Made by a program: the position numbers and the translations under genes. The notes beneath the pieces were generated by a model, which was not told the DNA's origin, did not search any database, and worked only from the letters and a program-made list of their open reading frames with translations. Shown piece by piece: positions 38,267 through 52,226 of a DNA stretch of 64,000 nt (position 1 is its first letter; every line of letters starts with the position of its first letter). Source of the stretch: Octopus sinensis (Eukaryota); contig NC_043004.1 of NCBI RefSeq assembly GCF_006345805.1, positions 46,438,001 to 46,502,000 on the forward strand. Reading direction: 5' to 3'.

Positions 38267-39196
38267 TATATATATATTTATATATGGCGTTTTTATTTGA
38301 CATTGTTGAAAAGCTGGTCACTTTATACCCAGCCTTTGACCTAATGCAATAAAAGCTGGCGACAAAATTCTTTCAGGACCGAAGACATAGCGTGCGCGTA
38401 CACACACACACACACACACAGAAGTTTGTGTGTTTATTTATCTATGTACAGCTGGTTAGAATAAAAATATACCGTTAGTTTTTATGTGTTGTATTTTAGA
38501 ATCATCACACCAGCCTCTGCTGATATGATTCTAAAATACAATAAACTGTAAGGGACTATGTTTGATTTTTGCAGATAATAAAGTTGCGTTGATTATGAAT
38601 TTTGATCGAAGAAATAGGGACTCGAAACTAAAATTTGCAGGGGGCCTTTAAAAGTTATGCGGCGGCCCTGTGCGTTCGGTATTTGAATTGAGTGCATTCC
38701 ACTGCAACTGTAATAAAATAAGGCCTTTCTGCGTACACGAATGGTATCGCTCTCATCCTTCATGCCATTTCATATACCTATGAGATCAGCAGCATAAAGA
38801 AAGAAGATTCGATGCTATTAAAACCACACATGATAGTTCTAAATGTTAACAGAAAAAGATTATAACAGACTCTAATGATGACTTTTAGATCACAAATTTG
38901 TTACGAATGGATTACTTGTGGAATGAAATCGGGGAAGCGGGAAACGTTGCCGGTTTGGAATAAAGTCTTCGGAAATAGTAGCTCCAATAACATTGTTAGA
39001 AAGAAATAACGATGGATTTGTTTCTACCATCTTATTCAAATCACAAACAATTCTGGCTTACGGACTAATAGTAAAATTCTACTCGCTATATCTACCATGA
39101 ATATTGCGTCGCCACCATGGACTGAAAAAGAACGCGATGCAGTTCTTGCGTGATGGTTGCGATTGAAGAAGTAATGTATTGAGAAATGAAACTAAT

Positions 39197-39390
39197 TCCT
39201 ATTTCTTTACTACCGACAAGGGGCTAAACACAGAGAGGACAAACAAAGACAGACAAACAGATTAATCGACTCCGAAAGGATGGAAGGCAAAGTCAACCTC
39301 GGCGGAATTTGAACTCAGAACGTAACGGCAGGCGAAATACGGCTACCCATTTCACCCGCATGCTAACGTTTCTGCCAGCTTGCCGCCTTC
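39197..39390 (-). mobile_element. SINE family B with 13-bp TSD
   Basis: TSD AAATGAAACTAAT at 39184-39196 and 39391-39403. Confidence 0.92.
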
Positions 39391-39789
39391 AAATGAAACT
39401 AATATCATGAGTATCAAATGAAGGCCATTTAATTTTACATATGTAAAACGGTGTATGCAAGCGTAGCGAATGAAATGCTGACAGTAAGTAAACTGGAAGC
39501 TGTTTTAGAGTAGCGTACATGGATTTGATTTGCACATGGTGCTAATAGTAGTCGTCTGAAGTTGTCAGCGAGGACACTTCCCATAGAAAATACATTGTGT
39601 GTTCTACATAGGGTCCACTAATTAACCCAACAATACTGCATTAATATTCATATAGATTCATTTATTCTATATTATTTTGTCTTTCCGAGACACATTCACT
39701 CATGCACCCTAACCCTAACACACCCATCGTTTTTCCATACTGCCTTACAATATTCACTTATCCATTACCATTGCAGCTCAGAAACAAAT

Positions 39790-39907
39790 TATTATTATTA
39801 GTAGTACAATGAAATTAATCGTGTTATTGTTGCGTTTGCTGCTGTTGCTCTTCTTCTTCTTCATCTTGTTCTTCTTCTTATCATTATCATTATTATTTTT
39901 ATTTTTA

Positions 39908-39948
<41 letters not shown>

Positions 39949-39962
39949 ATTATTATTATTAC

Positions 39963-40005
<43 letters not shown>

Positions 40006-40240
40006 ATTATTATTATTATTACTACTACTACTACTACTATTATTATTATTATTATTATTATAATTATTATTATTATTATTATTATTGTTATTGTTATTAC
40101 TGCTGCTGTCCTTCATTATCTTAATAATTCTTAATATTGGCAGAGATTATTCTCATTATCAACATTATTATTAATATTCTTATTATTGCTTTCATTAACA
40201 TTTTCATTATTATTATTATTACGTTTATTTTCATTATTTA
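39790..40240. repeat. (TAT)n/(TAC)n/(CTT)n trinucleotide microsatellite
   Basis: Seen directly. Confidence 0.95.
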
Positions 40241-40885
40241 ATCATTCTTTCGGGATAATTAACACAAGATGACGATAGTATAAATTAATGCGCATCATTA
40301 TACTGTATGGAATAACAGAGCCGATTTTCATTATTAAATCCACACAATGGAGTTAATTATAAACGTTTGATCTTCCACAATCATTAAATGAACAGATTAT
40401 TAATTTGAAAGTCATATGGAGGGCCTCAATGTCATCGGTCGTTCGATCTTATTTTCAACATGCACTTTTCTATTTGCGCTATAAATTAAGATGAACTATT
40501 GATGAGATTTATATTATTTTTCACCTTTATTGTTTCATTGTCCTTTTTTTTTCATAAAATTTTCTTTTCTTGTTTTTGTAAATCTTTCTGCATGAGGTCT
40601 GCTCACGCTAATATCTTCAAGTTGTAATGAAAATATTAGTATTGGCAAATGTAAGAGCATATCCCGCTGTGTCTTTTACTCAGTAATCTGTAGGAACATA
40701 AACCTTCGCAGCATGAATAGCGTTGTATATCAGAGTGGAGCAGACACGGTTGAAACTGCTTACAGGATATATTGATTGGTTTCCGGTTCCTCTCACATCT
40801 AAGCGCAGATGTATCTATATGTATGTATACACATACACAGACACACAAACACGCTCACACATGCACGCACAAACAGACAGGCACA

Positions 40886-40899
<14 letters not shown>

Positions 40900-40962
<63 letters not shown>

Positions 40963-41051
40963 GTAGATATAAAGGTGTATTTCTGTTGATGCATGCATTC
41001 CAATATAATCGTGTAATATGCGAGATTGTTTTTTTTGTGTGTTTGCGTCTG

Positions 41052-41103
<52 letters not shown>

Positions 41104-41637
41104 TGTGTGTGTGTATTTAAGTGTAAGAAATATTATACGGATGGATACATGTATGTATATATATGGATATATATGTATATATTAATTCATTTATTTATTT
41201 ATTTATATACACATTATTTTTGTTCATATATATATATATACATATATATAGAGACATATATGTGTGTGTAAGTGTGCGTCTGTGCGTGATTGTGTGTGTG
41301 TAAATATATATTGTATGTATATATCTATACACACACGTATCCATATATGCTTAAAGTGACTGATGTACATATATGCATGCACATTTATTGTCGCTTTGTT
41401 ACTCAGATTGTACTGCCTGCTATACATATATAAAAAACCGATTATATGCTCCTCTCCCCTTCGCTCGATCTCTCTTTATCTCTTTCTCCATCTGTGCATA
41501 TATACGTATATATGTATATGTATGTTTATGCATATATATATATACATATATAAATATATAAATATATAATATATATAATATATATATATATTATATATGT
41601 ATATATTATATATATAATATATATATACATTATATAT

Positions 41638-41676
<39 letters not shown>

Positions 41677-41680
41677 TACA

Positions 41681-41774
<94 letters not shown>

Positions 41775-41775
41775 T
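40900..41775. repeat. (TA)n/(TG)n microsatellite cluster
   Basis: Seen directly. Confidence 0.95.
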
Positions 41776-42984
41776 ATTCGTAACTTTTGTTCTCTTTATC
41801 CCTTCAATTGCTCTCTTTCTTCCAACGCTAAACTACTAATTTACCGTCAGTGTCGCTTGCTGTCAATATTTTCCTGTTCTTTTGCTTATTTGTTACTTCG
41901 TTCCTCTTTTGTTTCTTTTTATCGTATTATTTTTTTGTTTTGTATACCATTGATTCATTTTAGTTATTTATTTCACTGCTGTCAAGATTGCCTCGAAGAA
42001 ACGCATGAACCTTTAACAGCTTATTCCACAGCAATTAACTTTTTTTTCATTTTACCAATGCCTTTAATGATATTTTTTTCGGCTCTATGATAAATTATCG
42101 CTAACTATGAGAGACCCATGTCATCTGCTTAAATGTTAACTTCCGACTTTGGAGTGCCACACTAAGATTTGAATATCTCACAATTCGTATCAGATTTCGG
42201 TTTGTTTCATCTACTTAAATTTTTCTATAGATAATGCCTTGTCTGGATAGCAGTCACCTAAAATTCCATTGTTTCTAGCTAGCAACAAGATCGTGAACTT
42301 TCACCTAGTCTCATTGAACACTTTGTGTAGCATATTGGACGTTGTTTTAATTGTATATTGATTAATTATTTTCGTTGTACATATAAATATTTAAACCACT
42401 TCGTAAAATACAAATCTAAATTCGGTATAAGACTAAAAACAGTAATAAATATATGCAGCATTGTCTGACAATAATGTATGAGAAGTGTCTATCAAAATTT
42501 TATATACATTGACGTTCAATATAGTCATATATGAAATATAGGCTTAGAATTTTAAGCAATTTCATTGTCTATGAATCGATATTGGGGTGCCTTATCTCTT
42601 AAGATAAATGGAATCTATTAAAAGATACTTTTCATAGAAAATTGCTCTCAGTAGAGGCATATGTATGGGAATATATGTGTATGTATGTGTGTGTATGAAT
42701 GAGATTCTATTATAGCACATCAAGTAGTTGTCTAGCAGACACCTTGCTTCATTTCCTTCACTGTGTCATCCACATACATTACCAGTTCAATCAGCATTCA
42801 TGTTCTTAAAACCGACCGATTAAGAAGTCGCCTTCAGTGACAGAGAGACAAGAAAACTCAGAATAGAATACTCCATTCTGCCACTCAAAATTTTGTAATT
42901 TTCATCTTCACTTGATTCAATGTTCAATGTTGAAACTAAGATAACATCTAGCCGGCATACTATTATTATATGTACAACGAAAAA

Positions 42985-43978
<994 letters not shown>

Positions 43979-44149
43979 TGAAGGATTTCCGCACCCAGAC
44001 CGATGCCGAAATCCTTCAAGTGTAAAATTCTCGTTCACAGGACGGAAAGACCGTTGTTTGAGTTTGGCAAAGAATACATAATCTGAATAATAAGACTAAG
44101 ACATTTCTTAGTTTTCTTATTATTTGGATTATAGATTATATGTATTTTT

Positions 44150-47100
44150 GTGTGTGTAGTTGAAATTTATGGAAAAACATAAGATGAAGACAGGTGTATG
44201 AGCAAGAAAGAAATGTATTAGCTTGACGCTCGGGGAAAATGAAAGAGAATGAAAAAAAAATCTTGTAGATTTCAGCGGTTCAGCATGGCGAATGATTGGA
44301 ACAAAAGAGTTTGACCTAAAGGGAGATAATGATTATGAAAAAAGGAAGTTGAAGGAAAAGGAGATAATAAAGTGCTAATGATTCTAACAAGAGAAGATGG
44401 GAGAATGGTGAGTGTGAGTATTTGTGTGAGTGGGAGTAGCTAAGGGCGAGTGACTCTGACGTGTGTGAATGTGTGTGTTTGTGTGTGTAACGTGTGTAAT
44501 GTGTGTAGCAGTTGTTGTGTGCTTTTTTACGTGGTGTGTGCAAATGTGTGTGTGTGTGTGTGTGTGTGTATCTGTGACCAAACAGTGTGAATGTGTATGG
44601 TGTATATATGTGGGCGAAAGTTATATTTGTCCATGTATGTTGCGTGGGTTAACGCGTATTGCGTGTTTATGTACCTATAGCCTGTGTTTATGTATGATAT
44701 ACTGGTGTGGGAGTGGGAGTATATACTGTCTGTGTTAAGATATTATGTGCTTGTGCGAGTGTGGGTTTCTGCATGACAGTGTACGATATGTGTACTAAGC
44801 TAGTGTGCGTTGCTGCTCATATAGTGGTATGTATGGTGACGTTCTGGAAGATTGTGTGCGGGTGTGTGGATGATAGTGTGCTGTGTGACGTTGGGAACAA
44901 AGGAAGAGATTAGCTGAGGTTCGCGTCAGATGAAGAGAGGAGGCAAGTTGAGCCCATATGGTGTTCCGTGAACCCATCAGCCAAGCGGTGTCTCGTTTGA
45001 CCTATGTACAGGGAAGGGCAGAGAGAGCAGGAGATGCGCTAAATGACGTTACTAGCAGTACAGGTAAAGGAGTCGGTGATGTGATTGAGATGATGGCGGG
45101 TCTCTATATATTTAGGAGCCAGTTTGGGAGGTGAGATTAGGGACGAAACTGTGTACCAGGAAGCCACGCAAGTTATGGGCTCGTTTGAAGGAAGGAAGAG
45201 TTAGATTGGGGAAGATGTGTGAGGTGAAGGGTTCGTACTGGAGTCGTAAGAACGCTCGGGGATGGTGCGTTTGAGGGGCAGGGCGGAGGGGTGGTAGGTG
45301 AGGGGAAACGAGAAAGAGGAAACAGTGGAGAGGTTGCGAGGAGAAAGAGTAGTGGCACGTTCGACAGATCGTGACCTGAGAAGAGCAGTGTTGATAATGG
45401 TGAGGGGATATCCACGTAGGATGAAGTGGCAAGCCATGAGTTGAGACTGAATCTCTGTCATGGTTGTTACTGCAGAGCCTGCACAGACGGAGGAATTAGG
45501 AATAGGAGATGGAGACCTTGGTGAGGGTAGGGTGAGATTTGTAGAAGTTAAGTGAATAGTGTGAATCAGTGTGTTTGTAATGGATGGATCTAGTGAGAGC
45601 GGAGTGGCTTATTCCGACAGGAATGTCGAGAAATTCAATGGAAGAGTTAGAGAGAGTGCAACAGTATTCGACGGCAGGATGGAAGGATTAGACGAAAGGA
45701 AGGAAGGAGTCTACTTGTTCACGGGTAGTGACGTTGCGCCAATAGACAGAAATATAACGATTGTATAGTTCGGGAGTAGGACCAGTGAATTGTGGGAATA
45801 TTTGTGTCTCAGCATAGACAACGAACAGGTTCGTATAGTTGGGGCCCATTCTGGTTCCCATGGCTATTCCCGAGAACTATTGGTAAAACTCCACCGCGAA
45901 GGAGAAGTAGTTGAGAGAGAGAACAAGTTCGGCCAGACAAAGCAGCAGGCGGTGTCAGGTTGGGGGTCACGTCGACTGTCCAGAAAGTGTTCCAGCGCAA
46001 GAAGACCGTCGTTGATATCAAGAGTGGATTGAATTATATAGGGTTCAGAGGAATCGGAAAATGAGTTAATGAGACGGAAAGCATTGTTGGTGTCGCAGAA
46101 GTGGGAGGAGAGGGAAACCACGAGGGGAGCAAGGACATGCTTGGGGTATTTGAAAATCATTTTCATGGGGCAGTTGCAGGCGGAGACGATGGGGCCGCCA
46201 GGGTTGTTGGGCTTGTGAATTTTAGGAATGAATTAAATATTAGTGGTGTGTGGAGTGTGGAAAATGAGGTTGGAGGCGGTGAGAGCGAGACGGGAGGAGG
46301 AAATATGGTCATAGATAGTGGAGGATGCAGTCTGTTGGTAGTTAGGCGTGGGTTTGTAGGGCAGAGAGCAAGAGAAGGTGTCTTGAAGTTGGTGGAGAAC
46401 TTCAGATTTGTAAAGGTCTACGCACCACACCACCACATCTCCACCCTTGTAGGCTGGATTTATGATGAGAGTTACGCCGGGGAGATTTTAAAATGTCGAG
46501 GGCGCCAACGACAGTTAAACCGGTCCACAACTGGGTGGCAGATGCTTGTAAAATCAACTGCTTGGAACAAGCCAGGAAATGGCGTCCAGTAGGATGTTTA
46601 GTGGTACAGGTCATTGAAGCAGTCATATTCACCAGATGCAGGTGGAGTGTTGTGAAATAGTGCATATAGCCTGACGCAGGGCACAATACTATGAATATCA
46701 GCACGGTTCTGAAACTCGTTACTGGATGGAGTGAGGGAGGTGAAACACAGAGCCTTACTGTGAAGAGAGCGTCCCGCGTCAGAGAGTGTAGATCAAGGGG
46801 AATAGAAACAACAGAGTAAAGTGGAGAGTAGCAAAGTGTGTTAGATGTAGGAAGGGTGGTAGAGGCGGTGGAAGGCTGGGAGAAGAGCTGGGTGGAGAGT
46901 AGGAAGTAATGCGTAGGAGGATTGGAGTAATGGAAGGGTCGAAGTGAGGGTGAGGGGGATTGGATCAGGAAGAGAAGGAGGGAAGGGTGTGAGGGGTGGA
47001 GAGCATGGTGCTGGGAGAGGGAAGGATTTAGGGGCATCGGCTGAGACAGGATGAGAAAATTAGTGATGAGGCAGGATGAGAGAGTTAGCGTAAGGTGGAA

Positions 47101-47750
47101 GGTGCAACGGATGGCAAGATAAAAAGATGGAAAAAACGAGAGGGAGAAAGCGAACAAGAATGTGTATTTTGGAGAGATTAGAACGAATGGTGGTACGCAT
47201 AAGGCGGTAGGCAGCTGTGCGCAGCATGGCTAGCATGACAGAGGCAGAATGGAAAGTGGAGTGCAAATGGAGGTGGAAACCATTGGGGATAATGGTAATG
47301 AAGACAAGGACTGAGAAGGGAAACATGACAACAAAAGCATGTTTTTTTTTAAATTAGTAGGGAAAGATTAATAGAAGTTTGAAAGCAGCGGAATGGAAGC
47401 GTGGAAAGGTGTTTCTTTAGACTGTGGCGAAGGTGGAGGAGGAATGACTTCCAATATGCCTTGCTGAAACAAGGAGAAAAAAACAGAGTAAAAGGGGGAA
47501 AAGGAGAAAAGGAATAAAAAAGGAAGAAAAAGTAATAAGGAAAAAAAAACATACAGAAAAAAAGGGGAAAAGAAGAAAAGGAGAAACAGATAAAAGCTAG
47601 GAAAGGAGACAGAATGGGGTGGTATTAACGTACAGAGTATACAATTTCGGAAAGTTTAAAATGTTCAAAAGTCGTGGTAGATTGGAGTGATTTACTGAAA
47701 TCCGAGAAGGTAGGATCAGTAGATCCATTGTTGTTAGGTAGATGACCTTG
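44150..47750 (-). mobile_element. Near-full-length degenerate Penelope-like retroelement (RT + GIY-YIG)
   Basis: Minus strand: GIAMGTRMGPNYTNLF (~45873-45826), YKHTDSH...SHP...FLRLCRLCS, FILRGYP, SFKRAHNLR, then FTCTASNVI*RISCSLCPSLYIGQTRHRL..FTEH (GIY-YIG, ~45070-44960); CA-rich 3' region; 3' terminus (~44150-44260) homologous to the repeat at 58185-58342. Confidence 0.9.
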
Positions 47751-47753
47751 TAC

Positions 47754-47804
<51 letters not shown>

Positions 47805-47847
47805 TACGAGTCGAGACAAATATCGTCAGCTGACCGGTGTCTGCTAC

Positions 47848-47892
47848 TCTAGGCCGACGAAGGACAATCATCCTGAAACACGTGTCTCTAGA
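47848..47892 (+). ncRNA. Minimal type I hammerhead ribozyme-like motif (U4C core variant)
   Basis: Helix I UCUAGG/UCUAGA, core CCGACGA, helix II AGGA-caauca-UCCU, GAAA, helix III C-acgu-G with palindromic loop, GUC cleavage triplet. Activity untested. Confidence 0.6.
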
Positions 47893-48068
47893 TGCAGCCT
47901 TACTCTTAAGTTTCAAGAGTGATACTAGTCCTCAGCCATTTTGAATTTGAATGACAGAAGTTGATTGTTATTACTGTAAGGTGGGATGCGATTGGTCACG
48001 GAAGGTCACGCGGTGTCCTGGATTGATGCTAGTATATGGGGGCAGAGAGAGATACAAAGATATATATA

Positions 48069-48260
48069 TATGCTTAGCGGTATTTCGTCTTTCGTTACGT
48101 TGCGAGTTCAAATTCCGCCGAGGTCAAATTTGCCTTTCATCCTTTTGGGGTCGATAAATTAAGTACCAGTTACGCACTGGGGTCAATGTAATTGACTTAA
48201 TCCGTTTGTCTGACCTTGTTTGTCCCCTCTATGTTTAGCCCCTTGTGGGTAGTAAAGAAA
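48069..48260 (+). mobile_element. SINE family B, 5'-truncated
   Basis: gcttagcggtatttcgtc...ccccttgtgggtagtaaagaaat. Confidence 0.88.
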
Positions 48261-48288
48261 TATATATATATATATATATAGAGAGAGA

Positions 48289-48393
48289 TATACTTTATTT
48301 AAAGCAGCAGAAAATTCAACAAAACCTGTTACTTTGAGTTTCCCGTTTAGTTTCAGGTTTTGTTGAATTTTCTGCAGCTTTAAATAAAGTATA
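48289..48393. repeat. 40-bp-arm inverted repeat (25-nt spacer)
   Basis: tatactttatttaaagcagcagaaaattcaacaaaacctg / caggttttgttgaattttctgcagctttaaataaagtata. Confidence 0.9.
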
Positions 48394-48467
48394 GTACTCT
48401 ACCACTGTTATTTGTGTACTCTTTTTCCACCTTGTTTCACATTTATGTGTTTACTCCGGTATATAGA

Positions 48468-48468
48468 G

Positions 48469-48550
<82 letters not shown>
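48468..48550. repeat. (GATA)n microsatellite
   Basis: Seen directly. Confidence 0.95.
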
Positions 48551-49748
48551 AATAAGACAGGTTTCTTTAAATTCTGACTACCAAATCTTTTCACAAGTCT
48601 TTGGTAGGCCTGAGACTACAGCAGAAGACGTTAACCCGGAAACATGTAGTTGAGAAGCAAGCTTCTTTCCATACAGCTGCGCTTGCATATATATAGAAAC
48701 AAATTTTAATAGGAGGAGATGTTCTGAAGAAGCTTAATTACAATCTACTACAATTGTTTCAACGCACCATTATTAGCTGTTAAGCTCTGAATGTTACCTT
48801 AATTATACACGATATTGCATTCGTATGACTTAACAATCAAAGCATACATACACATCTTTGTGTGACCAGTGTCAAAACACTGCTGTATTATTTTTCCTTC
48901 ATCACATTTTATACCCACACCGAATTCTTCTGACAAAGAGGAATAAGGAAATACCAACTGATACAAATGGGAAAGAACAATGAAAACAAATTAGGGAAAT
49001 AAACTAAAAAGGATAAAGAAACCGCGTATTCAACAATCGAAGTATTGTATTAATACAATGAATATAAATAAGCGAAGAGAGTATACAAAAGCAAATCTCC
49101 CATTTGTCAACGGAGAGAAAAAGAAATGAGAGCAAGAGAAAATGTAATATATACAATATATTTATTGCGTCTAATTTATATGGTAACTCTAATGCAAAAG
49201 TATATGTATTTATGTATATACGAAGAGCTGCAAATCTGGCACACGCACTGTTTTCACCAGTAGAAATAGGGACTTATCAAATAAGGTATGATGCAGTAAT
49301 TTTGGCCGTGTATTGCGGTCTGTGTATAGTGTCTATAATTAATCATTCATTTTCGCGTTGAATTTTAAAATATATTTTTGCATTTTCCTACCTGATTTCG
49401 TTCGTGGTGTATAATATAATGTAGAATATAATATAATGTAGAATATATGAATAATAACGTAATCTACATGTACACGTATGCACAAAAGAAATATACGTGT
49501 ATACGTATATATGAATATGTATATATATTATACATATGAATATGTAGATACATATGCCTACATGTGTACATATTCATCGATAAATCCTCCCAGCCATCCA
49601 TGTATACATATATGCATGCATATATATGTATATATATATATATATAATATATATATTATATATATATATATGCATATATATATATGTATATATATATATG
49701 TATATATATATACACATACATATGTACATATATACATACATATATTCC

Positions 49749-49779
<31 letters not shown>

Positions 49780-49842
49780 TTTATATATATATAACTATGT
49801 ATGTATATATATATATGTAATGTATATATATATATAATATAT

Positions 49843-50003
49843 CGACAGGCTTCTTTCAGTTTCCGTCTACCAATCCACTCACAAGGCATTGGTCGGCCCC
49901 GGGGCTATAGCAGAAGACACTTGCCCAGATGCCACGCAGTGGGATTGAACCCAGAACCCATGTGGTTGGTTAGCAAGCTACTTACCACACAGCCACTCTT
50001 GCG

Positions 50004-50006
<3 letters not shown>
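49843..50006 (-). mobile_element. SINE family A 5' half
   Basis: Reverse complement of ggcgcaagagtggctgtgtggtaagtag...gaaactgaaagaagcc. Confidence 0.88.
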
Positions 50007-50061
<55 letters not shown>

Positions 50062-50062
<1 letters not shown>

Positions 50063-50244
50063 AGTTTGACAGGCGGAGGTATGGGTCTGAGTTTGTGTTA
50101 CGGTGCAATAATCGGCGACGCTGAAGCTGATACTTGGCAAAGGAGGCTGCTGGGGGATTCATCATTAGCATCATCGTTTAAGTTTTGGTTGTATCTTATC
50201 GATTCAGCTACTTGCTGTGGGAGCGATTACCAATGTTGTCTTGA
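50062..50244. repeat. 183-bp near-identical direct copy of 59155-59339
   Basis: Identical except two 1-bp indels. Confidence 0.93.
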
Positions 50245-50261
50245 AAGGGGTTATACATTTA

Positions 50262-50412
50262 TAACTTGAAAGGGGTTATACATTTATAAATACATACATA
50301 CATACATACAATACATACATACATACATATATATACATATGCACACATATATATGTACATATATATACATATATATATGTATGCATATATGTATGTATAT
50401 ATGTATGTATGC

Positions 50413-50445
<33 letters not shown>

Positions 50446-50701
50446 TGTATGTATGTATGTATGTATGTATGTATGTATGCATGTATGCATGTATATATAT
50501 AACACCAAGCCTATTCCCCATTTTTTAGGAGATAGTCGCAAGAGACACAGGCATTCCATTCATTGCCCCATTTTTGCTCGAAACAAGGCATAGAACGCAA
50601 CCCACAATATCAGCAGCGGAGCCCGACAGCATTTTTTCCATGCTGGCCACTTGATAACATCGTTATTTTATTTTAAATTAACGATCTTATCCTTATTTAT
50701 A

Positions 50702-50749
<48 letters not shown>

Positions 50750-50866
50750 TAAATTACATACTATACATATACATACATATATATATATATATATTATATA
50801 TATATATATATATATATTATTGTATATATATATAAGATATATGTATAATGTATGTATGTATATTTA

Positions 50867-50910
<44 letters not shown>

Positions 50911-51155
50911 TATAAATAAGGATAAGATCGTTAATTTAAAATAAAATAACGATGTTATCAAGTGGCCAGCATGGAAAAAATGCTGTCGGACTCCGCTGCT
51001 GATATTGTGGGTTGCGTTCTATGCCTTGTTTCGAGCAAAATTCGGGGCAATGAATGGAATGCCTGTGTCTCTTGCGACTATCTCCTAAAAAATGGGGAAT
51101 AGGCTTGGTGTTATATATATACATGCATACATACATACATACATACATACATACA

Positions 51156-51187
<32 letters not shown>

Positions 51188-51271
51188 CATATATGCATAC
51201 ATACATATATACATACATATATGCATACATATATATATGTATATATATGTACATATATATGTGTGCATATG

Positions 51272-51307
<36 letters not shown>

Positions 51308-51352
51308 TGTATGTATGTATGTATTTATAAATGTATAACCCCTTTCAAGTTA
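50262..51352. repeat. ~1.1-kb palindrome with (TA)-rich centre
   Basis: 50262-50715 and 50905-51352 are reverse complements; only a few differences in the non-microsatellite part. Confidence 0.93.
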
Positions 51353-52159
51353 GGACTTAAAAAATACCTCTAAAAGTTAAAGAAGTATTCAGATATGGAG
51401 ATGCTTCATAGCTTAGTCCTATTGAAGTATCGCTAGCAACAACATCACGCCCGTACAAAAACGCTTTTCTATCCTATCCCGAACATACGCAGTTGTTACG
51501 TATAAATTTAGACTTTATATTTAGAATATCTATTTTTTATTTATATTTTTAAATATTTCAGGTCAAAGGCAAAATCTCTTACTCGGATATTTTGCAGATA
51601 AATATTCGTTTCTTTTTATTACATATGTACGCTGTGGTCTGTCAAAAAACGGTATGTGCACACCCAAACTTTTAGGGGAAATGCAGTCTCTAGCGAACAT
51701 CCTACTATATATGGTTCGTCTAACAACATTTAAAGTCGCTAATTTTGTTACGATTTTTCACTTAATTGTTACACTGATTCTGTCTGAATAGAAGCAAGTC
51801 TATTTGATACAATAAGCAGTGCTAATGAATTCGGCCTTAATCCTTCAAAATACCTTTCCAATATGTCCAATATTTCCGGAATACCCCGAATTAATCACGA
51901 GGCAGTGTTGTATAACATTTAAGCATTTATGTTTATGCCATTACATTTTTTATCGCATCACTCTTATACTGTAAGAAGCCAAACATTCGGAAATAGCAAT
52001 TGTGAACAGCTCGTATTCCCACACTGAAGCATGACAGAATGAGGGAGTGAATGACAAAAGGAAATATTATATAAGTAGGATATTCGTCATCTTGCGATAT
52101 ATACATACACATGTATGCATCTATGCATGCACCAATTTATGATTAATAAATGAAAGAGG

Positions 52160-52226
<67 letters not shown>

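Noticed and set aside
38950-39010. Minus-strand EDFIP resembling a TIR BB loop
   Set aside because: No flanking TIR motifs in any frame.
39778-40116. Poly-N / poly-L ORFs (also 57630-57885 and 60714-61115)
   Set aside because: Trinucleotide microsatellite artefacts.
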